The notes under the pieces are model-generated. The model was given only the letters and a program-made list of their open reading frames with translations, was not told where the DNA came from and made no database searches. Below are positions 17,493-27,839 of a DNA stretch of 64,000 bases, piece after piece (the first letter of the stretch is position 1; each line of letters begins with the position of its first letter). The position numbers and the translations under genes were made by a program. Source of the stretch: a virus; the IMG/VR virus record IMGVR_UViG_3300028394_000042; one strand, written 5' to 3'.

Positions 17493-20384
17493 TTAAACGA
17501 CCAAGTGCAGCTCAATATTGTTAAGCGGCGCCGGGACAACCAGATCAAGCACAATCTCGATCCGGTCTTTGAGAAGCGGATGGAGTTGCAGGGTACGAAT
17601 TGTGCCCGAGATCAACTGTGACCCCAGTTCTTCTGTGTAACCGTTTGCGGTCAGAAAATCGATGACTGTGGTTACTTCGAACCGCAGCCGGCGAACCATG
17701 CCCTCTTGCGCGTTGGTGCGCCCGATAAACGGACGCAGCCGGCGCAGGAACAAGTAAGACATGCTGTCGACGTTTCGGCGGATCATCTCTTCCCGACGAT
17801 TCAGGTCAAGATTGTCCGTGGTCAGAGCGTGACGAGTAAACGGCGTGCCATCCTTGTCTTCAGTGACGATCCACACGCCAGCTTCGGCAAGCCGATTGAG
17901 CTGTGTCTCGTTGAAGTACTGGTACGACCGGCTGTAGTCGTCAAACCCGGCAACCTCGACGTTCGTGAGGGGCTGGTGTGGCACAACGCCGCTCGCCAGA
18001 CCACCAAGAGCCGCAGCAAGGAAAAATCCGGGCTGAATAACGCCAGCCTCGCCAACCTGATCGGGCCACACGCCGCACACGCGCCGGTTCGACAGCGAAC
18101 CAGCCTGCTGCACAACGTCTTCAACGATCTCGTTACGGTTTCGATTGTGATAGATTTCAACCCGCTGCGGAACGGTCACAACCTCGTCAACACCCGAGAA
18201 CAGGAGGAGCGTAGATTCAGAAAGCACGCTGTCTACAACGTACTCGCTGTACTGCTCTTCGCCGAACGAGTCCACCGTGTACATGTACCGGACAATGTCG
18301 CCGGGCCGCACGTCATTGGTGATGAAATAACCGTTGCCGCTGGTGACTTCCAGCCGCGTGTACTGCGTGCCAGTAGCCCCGGGATCATCGGCAACCGTGG
18401 CCAGCACCAAAGAATCAACAGTGTTAGCCAGCACGCCACCAATGGTCACGCCCTGCCCAACAACCTTGGCGACCGGATGCGCCTGCAGCGCAAAGAAAGC
18501 GGCTTTCCAGTTGTTGGCAACTTCGTTCGACTCGCCGCCGATGTGTGCAGCGTAAAGATCCTGCACAAGCCGGTCAAACGTGAGCGGGACGAGATTGTAC
18601 ATATCGTCGCGGCCCTTGATTCGCGTCAGCACCTCAACCCAGCTATCGAGCGATCCGGGGTTGGTGACAGCCGTATACTTCACCGCCGTGCCGTTAGAAT
18701 TGGACAGCGCCTTGTAGACGCCCCACTTCAACGGGTTGTCGGGGTGCAGCTGGCCGGGAATGTTATCAATATCTGCCACGTCTGTGAGCGTATTGACCTG
18801 ATCCGCCAGCGTCGACAGCCACTCACGGTACTCGATGTACAGCTTGCCGCCGTGTACTTCTAGCGGCAGCTCAACGCCACCGTCGGTCCACTCGGGATAG
18901 TAGGCAACCATGCCTTCTTGCACGCACAGCTGCGTAGCTTCGGCGTAGTAGTTAGTCAGCGGAGCAAAACCAAGCCGGCTAGCCGAGACTTCAATGTCAT
19001 CCTTGATGAACATTTTCATTTCAAGGTGGCAATTCTCGTCACGCATAGCGACCGGCAGGTCGTCACGCAGAATGAGCTCGTTCACAGCGCCGCTACCTGA
19101 CGCTGTAACCGTGATATACCACTTGTCGCCCTTGCGCATTCCGGCCACAGCGTCAGCTGCGCCGCTAACGCCAGTGAACTTCACCTTAACGCCGCGCGTG
19201 CCAATTGCTGTGCTAACAGCGTTGGTGCTGACGCCGTCGTCCGACACGACAGTTGGGCCGGAGAAATCAAGACCCTTCACAGTGCGCGCCGTGATCTGTG
19301 GCTTAACAGTTCCGGCAAACGTTCCACCGCGCACGCACTCGATGATGTACGTGTCGTCCTTGGCGCCCGTGTAGCCGGCAAGAATATTGCCGCTGCCGTC
19401 TGTACCGTCACTCGAAACGGCGTCAGAAATAGCGTTGACTTTTTCAAACACGCTGGTCACAACAACCCGCCATGTCTGCCCGGGCACAAACTCTTCGGGG
19501 CTTACACCAGCGGCAGTCGCAGCGGCACTGCATCCAACTGCGCCGTCGTTGTTGTAAAACACAACTTTCAGGCCGCGGGTGCCGATGTTGGTGTCTTCGC
19601 CGAACTCGGCCAACACCTCAGCCACGTCGTCTGTACCGCTCGCCGACCTGACCCGCAGGTTAGCCTGACTGCAATTACCAGCAGACGCGGTGATAGCCTC
19701 GATCACGTACTCTTCAGTGACCCGGCCAGAAGCCGCGCCGTCGTAGGCGTTGTTATCAGAAATCTCGACTGTAATGCAGTTATCTGGCCCGGCAACTTTC
19801 GTGACGGTAGCCGACGCGGCCACTGTGCCTTGATTGTTGACGTCAGAAACAGCAGGCGCAATCAAAGAGTCCGTCTTGCGGCTAACAAAACCGGTGATTG
19901 TCGTAGTCAGGTTGCTCTCAACACACGCGTTGTCGGGGTCAACAAACCGCAGCTTCACAACATCGCCAATCTTGACATCGCGGTCCTTGAAAGCAGCGCT
20001 GCGCGGATAGGCTGCGCCATTCGACTTAAACGACAGGCCCCACGCTTTAACATGATTTGGCTTGTTGCAAACAGCGTGAATGTGCGAGCAACCACAGGCG
20101 CTAGCAGCAAAGTCGTAATACAGCAACAGCGCGTCGTCGACGTACAGCTTTGTGTACTTGTCGTCAACGAGCGAACCGGGATTGCGGTGCGGCCACGCGT
20201 AGCACACATCTTGCAGCCGGTCGTACTCGCCGAGCAGGCTTTGTGGCTTTTCCGAAGAAACAGCATACCGGTGCAGCACAGCATTCGGACCAGAGATATG
20301 CGCGCGCAGCGGCTCCGTGATCTCAGTCGGGATGATCTTGAACTCTTGGAAAACAAGAACTTGGGGTTTTACGTAGCTCGACAT
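17493..20384 (-). CDS. Contractile tail sheath protein, 963 aa
   Basis: N-terminal YVKPQVLVFQE; C-terminal QLNRLAEAGVWIV, RHALTTD, REEMIRRNVD, VPAPLNNIELHLVV. Confidence 0.92.
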   Translation of the reverse strand: MSSYVKPQVLVFQEFKIIPTEITEPLRAHISGPNAVLHRYAVSSEKPQSLLGEYDRLQDVCYAWPHRNPGSLVDDKYTKLYVDDALLLYYDFAASACGCSHIHAVCNKPNHVKAWGLSFKSNGAAYPRSAAFKDRDVKIGDVVKLRFVDPDNACVESNLTTTITGFVSRKTDSLIAPAVSDVNNQGTVAASATVTKVAGPDNCITVEISDNNAYDGAASGRVTEEYVIEAITASAGNCSQANLRVRSASGTDDVAEVLAEFGEDTNIGTRGLKVVFYNNDGAVGCSAAATAAGVSPEEFVPGQTWRVVVTSVFEKVNAISDAVSSDGTDGSGNILAGYTGAKDDTYIIECVRGGTFAGTVKPQITARTVKGLDFSGPTVVSDDGVSTNAVSTAIGTRGVKVKFTGVSGAADAVAGMRKGDKWYITVTASGSGAVNELILRDDLPVAMRDENCHLEMKMFIKDDIEVSASRLGFAPLTNYYAEATQLCVQEGMVAYYPEWTDGGVELPLEVHGGKLYIEYREWLSTLADQVNTLTDVADIDNIPGQLHPDNPLKWGVYKALSNSNGTAVKYTAVTNPGSLDSWVEVLTRIKGRDDMYNLVPLTFDRLVQDLYAAHIGGESNEVANNWKAAFFALQAHPVAKVVGQGVTIGGVLANTVDSLVLATVADDPGATGTQYTRLEVTSGNGYFITNDVRPGDIVRYMYTVDSFGEEQYSEYVVDSVLSESTLLLFSGVDEVVTVPQRVEIYHNRNRNEIVEDVVQQAGSLSNRRVCGVWPDQVGEAGVIQPGFFLAAALGGLASGVVPHQPLTNVEVAGFDDYSRSYQYFNETQLNRLAEAGVWIVTEDKDGTPFTRHALTTDNLDLNRREEMIRRNVDSMSYLFLRRLRPFIGRTNAQEGMVRRLRFEVTTVIDFLTANGYTEELGSQLISGTIRTLQLHPLLKDRIEIVLDLVVPAPLNNIELHLVV

Positions 20385-20477
20385 GCGTCAGCCTCCGTGC
20401 CTATTTGTGTGCGGTTTTGCGGTCACTGGGTAGTATACCTCACTACCCATTTCAAAAACAAAACCAGTAAAGTGAAT

Positions 20478-21188
20478 TTAACAAGACAGTAAATCTGATG
20501 CCTTGAAGACAATCCGCTTTAGGCGCGGTGCATACGGCTGGAGCGTCCAAGCTTCCTCGGCCATGTATGACACAGTGACAGGTACGGCATATCCCTGCAC
20601 AACTTCTTGAACCTCTCCTGCTCCGCCAACCTCAGACACAATGAACTTATGCAAGTCCATTTGGTCGCGAATCATTGGCGAAAAATGACCTAAAAACCTG
20701 ACAACTTCGGCGGCTAAGTATTCGTTCTCAGAGCCGGTGGCAGCTAAACAGAACAATGTGTGGCTGCCGGCCCAAAGCCCGGCATATGAGTTAGCTCCAG
20801 TATAATCATTCTGCCCACTCAAATCACCAATACCCTGCCGCTGCCATTGCCACGCATTTCGTTTAATCAACACGGCCGGGCGTTTATCAGCTGTATTTGG
20901 GGCCCAGCGCGTAATACTCTCAATCAGAATTCCGCCGGCGTTTAACCCGTTATCAACCGGTCGCCAAGCTCCAAGATCTTGTACCTGCCTACGCACACGC
21001 GGCTCGTCTACATTGTCGGCGTCTGCAAAGTGCGTAATAAGCAGTTGGCGCAGCAGTCCTGTCATTACGTGGGGGCGCATGCCGTAAGAACACAGCGAGC
21101 TAACTTTGCCTACGCGGTTCTCTGGTGTGCTGCCGGCCGGGAATTCAGCTTCTACTTCTGGCGGGTTTAACGGATCGCAGGTGCTCAC
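20478..21188 (-). CDS. Putative tail terminator/completion protein, 236 aa
   Basis: Between neck genes and sheath; KRPAVLIKR motif. Confidence 0.55.
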   Translation of the reverse strand: MSTCDPLNPPEVEAEFPAGSTPENRVGKVSSLCSYGMRPHVMTGLLRQLLITHFADADNVDEPRVRRQVQDLGAWRPVDNGLNAGGILIESITRWAPNTADKRPAVLIKRNAWQWQRQGIGDLSGQNDYTGANSYAGLWAGSHTLFCLAATGSENEYLAAEVVRFLGHFSPMIRDQMDLHKFIVSEVGGAGEVQEVVQGYAVPVTVSYMAEEAWTLQPYAPRLKRIVFKASDLLSC

Positions 21189-21202
21189 GGCAAAATCCTT
21201 TG

Positions 21203-22528
21203 TTAGATGTTCCAGAAGTCGTCGGCTGGGTCAACCGGGCCGCAGATCTTTTCTGTGCCGTCTGTAACCACATCGACGTTGTCTTCAGTAATGATAAGCT
21301 CTTCTTCGTTAACAACTGGCGTGGTCGGATCGTCGGAAGTGCCTTGCAGTTGTTGCTCGGACAGCCAGACGCAGCGGAGAGTAGCGCCGGCAGCCACAAC
21401 CGTAATAATTTGAATGTCCGGGCCGTAATCGCCGGGTTTTTCAAACAACAGCGCGTAATCACCCTCGTCTAGCTGCACAGCCGTTGTCCAGCGCCCGTTT
21501 GCGGATGTTGTTGTCACAGCGACGGCGTCAGTGCGGTCTGGCATAGCTGGATACGCTGCGTCATACACTGCTTTTGTGAACACATAGACATACGCGCCTT
21601 CGACAGCGCAATCTGTTCCGTCTGTGTAGGCTAAAGCGTCTGGCGCGCCGTAATTGTGGTCAACCGTGATCGCGCCACAGCCTTCAATAGGCAGCGCATA
21701 CACGGGCGGCGGGTTTGCTTCGCCGTACACTTCAAGTCCGTACGCCGTGTTGTTGAATGGAAGCAGGCCAAGCTGCACTGTATATACGAGCGGTACGTTA
21801 CGAATAGCGGCAGCTGTCTGGATGCTTTCAACCAGCCAGCGTTCGTCACTAGCGCCGTTGACCCAGATATCGTTTTTACTGAGCGCCGGAAAACCGATTA
21901 CGCGCGCTGTCACATACGGGTTATCGCGGGTTGTGCCCTTCGCCTGATCGTCAATCTGGGTCTGATTTGTCTGCGGTGACAAGTCCCAACACTGCATTTC
22001 AAGCGGCGGGTGATAGCCTGTCTCAAAGCCTGTACCTTTGCAAACAGCGCAGTTCGAGTCTGTGATCTCTTGCGTCAACGGGTCTAAACACCGCCGACAG
22101 GGCTGACCAAACCGCATGGGCTTTAAGAGGTACCCGGGAGTTGATACATACCGGTGGCGCAGTTTCTCTTTACGGATAACCTCGCGCGACAACACCCAGT
22201 CTTTTTCGGGTAGCTCGCCAAAACAGCTTGCGGCCTGAGATACGTACAGGTCGCTGGGCGTGGTTAGCGTAACGCGGTAGTGGCTAAGCAGCTCATAGCC
22301 AGATGTGTGCCAGCTTGGGTCATACGCTAAGTAGCTATCTGTGACCGGCGCGCCGATGTTTGTCCAGTCTACGGCGTCACGCAGGCCGGTTTTGCCGAGC
22401 TGTAACTGGAATACATACGGGCCGGGCTGGTTAAAAGTCGGCTCCAGCTGCCACCAAACGCGCGTGTTGCCGCGGACCATATGATCCACGGACACACGGC
22501 GGAACGGGAAAATACGAGATTGCGACAT
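21203..22528 (-). CDS. Putative neck/head-closure protein with zinc finger, 441 aa
   Basis: CxxC..CxxCxGTG..GY motif and position in the neck cluster. Confidence 0.6.
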   Translation of the reverse strand: MSQSRIFPFRRVSVDHMVRGNTRVWWQLEPTFNQPGPYVFQLQLGKTGLRDAVDWTNIGAPVTDSYLAYDPSWHTSGYELLSHYRVTLTTPSDLYVSQAASCFGELPEKDWVLSREVIRKEKLRHRYVSTPGYLLKPMRFGQPCRRCLDPLTQEITDSNCAVCKGTGFETGYHPPLEMQCWDLSPQTNQTQIDDQAKGTTRDNPYVTARVIGFPALSKNDIWVNGASDERWLVESIQTAAAIRNVPLVYTVQLGLLPFNNTAYGLEVYGEANPPPVYALPIEGCGAITVDHNYGAPDALAYTDGTDCAVEGAYVYVFTKAVYDAAYPAMPDRTDAVAVTTTSANGRWTTAVQLDEGDYALLFEKPGDYGPDIQIITVVAAGATLRCVWLSEQQLQGTSDDPTTPVVNEEELIITEDNVDVVTDGTEKICGPVDPADDFWNI

Positions 22529-22530
22529 GC

Positions 22531-23547
22531 TTAGTACCGAATACGAATAGCGTCTGTGTAAGAGCTGTACTTATACGTAGAAGACACCTCGCCGTAGCAG
22601 CTTTCCAGATTGATACTCGCCTTCGTAGCCCGCACCCAGTCCTTGTAGGCTTGCCAGCGCATTTGGGCAGCGCGCTCGTAGCTAGACTCTTTGTTCTGGT
22701 CAGCAACAGACAGGCCGGCAGCGCTGTAGTCGAGCTGATTGCGCCGAAACTGCTCTGCTACCATCATAAACAAATTGGCGCAGATACCTTCCAGCCAATG
22801 ATATCTAAACGGAAAATTCTGAGTGTTGTAAACAGCGTCCAGCGGCGGCGGGATCTCGTTCCAGTACATAACAGGCCGCGTAATCGCTAGCGCAATCTCT
22901 GCGTTGTCGAACATTAAGTTATCTAAAAGAAAACTCTCGGACGGCGCTGAATCGCGCAAGTGCAGGCGAATCTCGGCAATACTGGGCGGGCCGCCTTGCG
23001 TATTCAACGTGTCAAACGTGCTGCGCGCGATCACCACCGAAAACGTATTCGAAAAGATGACGCACGGCGTATTGGCTGCTTGGGCCGGAATACTGACCAG
23101 CGCAAACTCGCCGTAGTAGATACCCGGCACGCCGACCATATTGGCGGTAAGGTCGGCCTCTACTTGGCCAACTGTGCCATCGCCCACGCGCGCCAGCACC
23201 TCTACGGGCAACTGCCAGTTACCGAGCGACAGCTGCTCTTTCAGGCGCAGTACAACCTTGAAATTACCGGTCTGCTCGTTGTTTACGCCAGCGCCTAACC
23301 CGGCGCCAGTGAGATTTACGGGGTTGCCAGCTTTATCGTGCATCTGCCACGCAATTGTGCTGCACTGCCCCTGCGTAAGCTCCACAGAGCGCATACGGGT
23401 GTTGTTCGGCACCCCGTTCACGGTAGAGATAGCCGGGCTGATGATATTCTGGCCCACGCACGAAACAGGCGTCAGCTCCTGCCCGCTTGTGTCGTTAACA
23501 CAGCAGTTTACGATAGGATGCGGGGCAGGAGTGGCAATAACAGGCAT
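22531..23547 (-). CDS. Putative head-tail adaptor (neck) protein, 338 aa
   Basis: IRLHLRD, WNEIPP, RNQLDYSAAGLSV; first gene after the capsid operon. Confidence 0.6.
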   Translation of the reverse strand: MPVIATPAPHPIVNCCVNDTSGQELTPVSCVGQNIISPAISTVNGVPNNTRMRSVELTQGQCSTIAWQMHDKAGNPVNLTGAGLGAGVNNEQTGNFKVVLRLKEQLSLGNWQLPVEVLARVGDGTVGQVEADLTANMVGVPGIYYGEFALVSIPAQAANTPCVIFSNTFSVVIARSTFDTLNTQGGPPSIAEIRLHLRDSAPSESFLLDNLMFDNAEIALAITRPVMYWNEIPPPLDAVYNTQNFPFRYHWLEGICANLFMMVAEQFRRNQLDYSAAGLSVADQNKESSYERAAQMRWQAYKDWVRATKASINLESCYGEVSSTYKYSSYTDAIRIRY

Positions 23548-23582
23548 AGCGACTCTCCGTTAGTGAGTTAAGCATCCAATAT

Positions 23583-23619
23583 ACAAATAGAAAGGGCTGG
23601 CCAGTGACGGCCAGCCCTT
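23583..23619 (-). terminator. Intrinsic terminator ending the capsid operon
   Basis: AAGGGCTGGCC-GTCACT-GGCCAGCCCTT followed by TCTATTTG. Confidence 0.8.
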
Positions 23620-23644
23620 CCGTAAAACTGCTGTTGCAAAACGA

Positions 23645-24010
23645 CTAGGCGTCGTTGGCGTTGAGGTCGCCTTCGGTGTAGTCGCCACCACCCGTCCACG
23701 ACGGAGCCGTCGTGCCGAGTTCCTTGGTCGACGCCATACCGAGTTCGCGCGTCACGCCACCGGTCTCGCTGAGGATGTACACAGACGGAGACTTGATGAT
23801 CGACAAATCACCGTTCACCAGCGCGCTTTCGAGCGCCTTGAACTGCCGCTGTGCCCGCTTGCTGCCCAGCTTGGTGACAAGGTCACCCGGCTGAGTGTAC
23901 GTCTCGTTATTCGCGAGGCGCTTGCCGTGCGTGCCAAGAAATCCGAACACTCGCTCGGCTCCCGACACATTTTTCACGGTCGTATACAGATCTGTTGACG
24001 TATTAGGCAT
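23645..24010 (-). CDS. Small head-associated protein, 121 aa
   Basis: GGGAG RBS; lies within the capsid operon. Confidence 0.75.
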   Translation of the reverse strand: MPNTSTDLYTTVKNVSGAERVFGFLGTHGKRLANNETYTQPGDLVTKLGSKRAQRQFKALESALVNGDLSIIKSPSVYILSETGGVTRELGMASTKELGTTAPSWTGGGDYTEGDLNANDA

Positions 24011-24029
24011 GTGTTGTCACTCCCATTGT

Positions 24030-24416
24030 TCACTGTGTGTCTTGCAGAGCCGAAGCAGCAGCTGCCTGTAACATCAGAACAGCCTGCGCAATAGCCGGCT
24101 GCTCTGCTGCCACGTCGGCCGCACTGCTGAACGCAGCCGATTTCTCAACCGGACCACCGAGGCCCGCGGCGGCAAGCATCGCGTCGAGTTGCTGGTTATG
24201 AGCAACTAACGTCGATGCTTGCGCAGCCGCGACCTTTTCCTGCTCTGCCGTGTAGAGCACGTGGAGCTTAGAGGCAGCTGACCACATTTCTGCAGCTTCA
24301 CTCTCGGAACGCGGGTTAACCCCGTATGCCGAAAGCTTCTCGAAGAAATACGGCGCGGCAAGCTCCGTCACCATTGTGGCGTACGCCTGCTCAGCCGCCT
24401 CTTTGACATTGTCCAT
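24030..24416 (-). CDS. Small head-associated protein with K-x-A motifs, 128 aa
   Basis: AGGAG RBS; VKEAA, EKVAA, EKSAA. Confidence 0.75.
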   Translation of the reverse strand: MDNVKEAAEQAYATMVTELAAPYFFEKLSAYGVNPRSESEAAEMWSAASKLHVLYTAEQEKVAAAQASTLVAHNQQLDAMLAAAGLGGPVEKSAAFSSAADVAAEQPAIAQAVLMLQAAAASALQDTQ

Positions 24417-24453
24417 GACTAGTGCTCCTGTGGTTTTTAACCGTTACACGACA

Positions 24454-25380
24454 TTACTTGAAGTCAACGCGAGCCAGACCGTTGGTATGGCCGAAAGAGC
24501 CACCCTGTGTCTGGTAGGCAAAGTACTCAAGCATGAAAGCTTCACGACGGATGTACATCGTGGTGGGTTCCAGCTCGTAGTTCTTGCCGATGAACTTGGG
24601 CGAGGCAAACATAAAAAGACTATCGTCGGGGACCAAATCGCGCTTGATAGTCACAATCCAACGGCAGTTGAGGAAGTTAGTTTCCGCCCAGCCGTTCTTG
24701 ATGATGTCCTGCGAGAAGTCACCGCCCATTTCGTCGCGGCCGAACTTCAGCAGCTCCTTGATGGTGATGTTATTCACCAAGCAAGTTTCAACTTCGAAGT
24801 GGCTGGACGTACGGGGCATGACCTTCAGGGCGTCAACAAGGGTCTCACGAGTGATACCGCCGCTGATCTCCTCGTACTGCACATAGCCAGAAGCCGGATT
24901 AGTGGCGCCAGCGGTGGGCAGCACAGCATTGAAGGCAGCAATGAACTTGCTATCTTCTTCAGCCAGCATGTCCTTGATCATGTTGTCCGACAGAACCTGA
25001 CGAATGTCGATCACATACGTCCGCAGCTCGTCGACGTCCTTCACAGCGCGAGGCGACACGATCCGGTCAAACATGACGCGGTAACGTGGGCCACGGATGT
25101 AGAAGTTAATCGGGAGCGTCGCGAACGGAAGCGACACAGCCGCCGGGGAATCGGGTTCCTTGTCCACAACCTTAACGGGCTTGTCAGTATCAACCTGACG
25201 GTCAAGCTCGTCGTTGGTGATGGTCAGCGGGGGCATAATCCGCCGATAGAACCCGTCTTCACGCATCTTGGTGCGCGTGAAGTCGTTAACAGCGTCGATG
25301 GCCTGCTTCTGCATGCCGGGGGTATCGAGCTGCTCAAAAAGAGTCTCATTGAGCAATTGAACTTCTTGCTGAGTGGGCAT
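24454..25380 (-). CDS. Major capsid protein (HK97-like fold), about 308 aa
   Basis: RTKMREDGFYRRIMPP, DELRTY..DIRQVL, DMLAEEDSKF; follows scaffold and decoration genes. Start moved to ATG 25380 (GGAGG RBS). Confidence 0.85.
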   Translation of the reverse strand: MPTQQEVQLLNETLFEQLDTPGMQKQAIDAVNDFTRTKMREDGFYRRIMPPLTITNDELDRQVDTDKPVKVVDKEPDSPAAVSLPFATLPINFYIRGPRYRVMFDRIVSPRAVKDVDELRTYVIDIRQVLSDNMIKDMLAEEDSKFIAAFNAVLPTAGATNPASGYVQYEEISGGITRETLVDALKVMPRTSSHFEVETCLVNNITIKELLKFGRDEMGGDFSQDIIKNGWAETNFLNCRWIVTIKRDLVPDDSLFMFASPKFIGKNYELEPTTMYIRREAFMLEYFAYQTQGGSFGHTNGLARVDFK

Positions 25381-25384
25381 TATT

Positions 25385-25400
25385 GGAACCTCCATGTTCC
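25385..25400 (-). promoter_or_regulatory. ANGGAN hexaloop hairpin over the MCP Shine-Dalgarno (CsrA/RsmA-type site)
   Basis: GGAAC-AUGGAG-GUUCC; matches (A/U)CANGGANG(U/A). Confidence 0.6.
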
Positions 25401-25418
25401 TAGTAGTTAGTAAGTGGG

Positions 25419-25988
25419 TCAGTCGATAGTGGCGGCAGTGCCAGCTGGCAGGTACACGCTCCAGAACGAAAGAGTCAGCACGCCATTGTGATTACGGGAT
25501 GCGCCGCTGGAAACAACGCCGCAAACCGCGTTAACGTACTGGACAGCGCTCTGATTGGTCAGCACGCCGCCTGTGGAGAGAGCACTTGTCGACGTACCAG
25601 CTGTGAGCGTGTCGCCCGGGGCGTACGTCTGCGTGGAATCAAATTCCGTGGACGCAATTTCGTACCCGCCAGTTGCAACAAGACCAGACAACTTGCCCGA
25701 AGGCGAAATAGCCTGATGCATGAAGTTACCGCCAGCTGTGGTGCCGGGGTTGCTCACATCAGCATCGCCGGAGCCATTGAGCAAGAAGATGCCCATGTGC
25801 GCAGCGCTGACGCCCGGAAGGAACACTTCCTTGCCGCCAGACAACTCAAGATGCACAACGCGACCGCGCGGAACTGTGAACGAAACGCTGCTCGACAACT
25901 TTGCAGAGTAGTCGAGGCTAGCCATATCGAACCAGCCCTTCTTCACGTCAAGGCCGTGCTCGAACATCAAATCAGGGGCAGTAGCCAT
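25419..25988 (-). CDS. Putative capsid decoration/cement protein, 189 aa
   Basis: Small beta-rich protein directly upstream of the MCP; STEFD...YAPGDTLT. Confidence 0.65.
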   Translation of the reverse strand: MATAPDLMFEHGLDVKKGWFDMASLDYSAKLSSSVSFTVPRGRVVHLELSGGKEVFLPGVSAAHMGIFLLNGSGDADVSNPGTTAGGNFMHQAISPSGKLSGLVATGGYEIASTEFDSTQTYAPGDTLTAGTSTSALSTGGVLTNQSAVQYVNAVCGVVSSGASRNHNGVLTLSFWSVYLPAGTAATID

Positions 25989-25991
25989 CGT

Positions 25992-26007
25992 AAGACCTCC
26001 ATGTCTT
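25992..26007 (-). promoter_or_regulatory. ANGGAN hexaloop hairpin over the decoration-gene Shine-Dalgarno
   Basis: AAGAC-AUGGAG-GUCUU. Confidence 0.6.
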
Positions 26008-26047
26008 TGTCAATTTCGGGAATCATTCCCGGGGTAGTAAAACGAGC

Positions 26048-26479
26048 TCAAGAAGTGGGCGGATTGAGTCCAAGACCCGTGAAAAATTTCACGTCGGAAG
26101 CTTTGAGGCGACCGTCGCGGGCACCCACATACCCGCTCGTCAAACTAGAGTCAGGGTTGTAGCCGGCGGTCTTCGTGGTCGACCCAACCGGTGTGCCAAT
26201 ACGAGCCATCTCGGCAGCGTTTTTGTGCGACGCCAGCTTGATAACAAGCTCCATCGCGCGCACCGGATCACGAAGCGCTGCATCCAACGCTTCCTTCTGG
26301 TGTGCTTCGATGCGCTCGTTATCGAGGCAAGCTTTAACAGCAGCAGGAACTAAGCTAGCCAGCTTTGCCTGCGTGTCGTCTTGCGCCTTGATAGCGGCCG
26401 CGGCCTTTGTCAGCGCTGCATCGGAATAACCGATGTAGTCGATGACTTTCTGGACAAGAGCGGTATTGCTTGTGGACAT
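26048..26479 (-). CDS. Head assembly/scaffold-associated protein, about 143 aa
   Basis: Start moved to ATG 26479 (GGAGG); helical; contains TKTAG. Confidence 0.7.
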   Translation of the reverse strand: MSTSNTALVQKVIDYIGYSDAALTKAAAAIKAQDDTQAKLASLVPAAVKACLDNERIEAHQKEALDAALRDPVRAMELVIKLASHKNAAEMARIGTPVGSTTKTAGYNPDSSLTSGYVGARDGRLKASDVKFFTGLGLNPPTS

Positions 26480-26495
26480 GAAAACCTCCAAGAAA

Positions 26496-27839
26496 TTAAC
26501 GACTGATCAGTTCGATGATGTGCTGCTTCATGCTGTCACGCAACTGGCGCGACCGCTTAGTGCGAGCTTCCTTAACCTGAAACTTACCGGAGCGCTTGAA
26601 GTCAACAACCATGCGCCCAATCGAGTCCAGAGCCGCCGCCATCTTGGCCTCAGCAGCTGCGGGATCGCCGCCCATAGCGGCAGCAGGGTCAGCCGGCGGC
26701 ATGCCGCCAGCTTCTGCGCCGGGAGCGCCGCCAGCCTCAGCGCCACCGTGTGACAGGGCCTGCAGCAGCGCTTCCGGTGGGATGCCAAGCTCTTCGAGGG
26801 CCATGGCCAACTCCTGAACAGCCTCTTCGTTACCGGGCTGTCCGCCACCCTCTTCGCCGCCCATCTCACCGCCCATTTCGCCACCCATCTCGCTGCCCAT
26901 TTCGCCGCCCGCCATCGGCGGAGCCTCGCTCAGGCCAGATTCCATGTCGCCGGGAGCGGAGTGATCTTCACCCTCTGCAGCGTCATCGGTCGGATCGGCA
27001 CCAGCGGCTTTGGACGACAAGAACCCGATAAACAGGTCAGCCATCTCGTCGGCCTCGCGCAGTGTGTTTGCGCACACCTCGCGAACAGACGCTTCAGCAG
27101 CTTCCTTATCCAGTCCAATCGCAGCCGCCAGTTCGTAGCCGGCCTTGAAGGCAGAAGCCTTAACACCAGCGTCAGAAGGCTCAAGGTCAACAGACTTGTC
27201 CTTGCCTTCGCCCGGCATCTTCACAGCCTTCGTGCCCGACTCTTCAGCCTTTTCCTTAGCCGAAGACTCAGACGACTCGTGAGCCGAGCTGCCCTCAATC
27301 TTCTTCTTCAAGAACTCAGGCATCTCAGACTGTTTGGTCAAGTTAGCTGTACCGAAGTTAATCAGGTTCGCAAGGATCTCGTTACCAAGCGCGCCGCAAT
27401 TAGCGCGGGCTTCCTTGAACGACACAGCGCTGTACTTCTCGCCGCTGTCAGCCTTAGCTGGGTGAGTAGTGCCCGGATCGTCCTTGGTGCCCTTGTAATC
27501 CTTTTCAGCTGCGGGGTCTTCACCAGTGGCAGCGGTGTTCGTGTTGATATTCAGCTGGACGTCATCCTGCCGGCCTTCTTGCGAAAGGGGAGCAGTGCTG
27601 TCAACACCGAGCGGGCCCTGCTGCTTCTTCATGTCCGCTTCGTACTCAGCGCTGCGCGCGCCCTCTGAGGCGACCTGCACGTTGTTGTCAACATGGGCCG
27701 TGGGGTGCGTGGACGCACCGACGTAAGTACCCGGATCAGCTGGCGTAGGCGCTGCCGACTTTACAGCGCCTTCCGAGATCTCAGCAGCCAGCGCGTTGAG
27801 TTGTGCGAACAGTGAACGTGTCGTCCGTGCCATGGTCAT
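26496..27839 (-). CDS. Putative scaffold/core protein, acidic and low complexity, 447 aa
   Basis: Between protease and MCP; A/G/E-rich; GGEM repeats. Confidence 0.6.
   Translation of the reverse strand: MTMARTTRSLFAQLNALAAEISEGAVKSAAPTPADPGTYVGASTHPTAHVDNNVQVASEGARSAEYEADMKKQQGPLGVDSTAPLSQEGRQDDVQLNINTNTAATGEDPAAEKDYKGTKDDPGTTHPAKADSGEKYSAVSFKEARANCGALGNEILANLINFGTANLTKQSEMPEFLKKKIEGSSAHESSESSAKEKAEESGTKAVKMPGEGKDKSVDLEPSDAGVKASAFKAGYELAAAIGLDKEAAEASVREVCANTLREADEMADLFIGFLSSKAAGADPTDDAAEGEDHSAPGDMESGLSEAPPMAGGEMGSEMGGEMGGEMGGEEGGGQPGNEEAVQELAMALEELGIPPEALLQALSHGGAEAGGAPGAEAGGMPPADPAAAMGGDPAAAEAKMAAALDSIGRMVVDFKRSGKFQVKEARTKRSRQLRDSMKQHIIELISR
26853..26909 (-). repeat. 12-bp coding tandem repeat (G-G/S-E-M, 4-5 copies)
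   Basis: GGEMGSEMGGEMGGEMGGE in the translation. Confidence 0.8.

Noticed and set aside
462-21188. Tailocin, eCIS or T6SS locus
   Set aside because: Capsid, scaffold, prohead protease and neck genes are adjacent, so this is a phage.
24376-25410. 344-aa plus-strand ORF spanning the major capsid gene
   Set aside because: Antisense open frame, probably produced by strong codon bias; no independent evidence.
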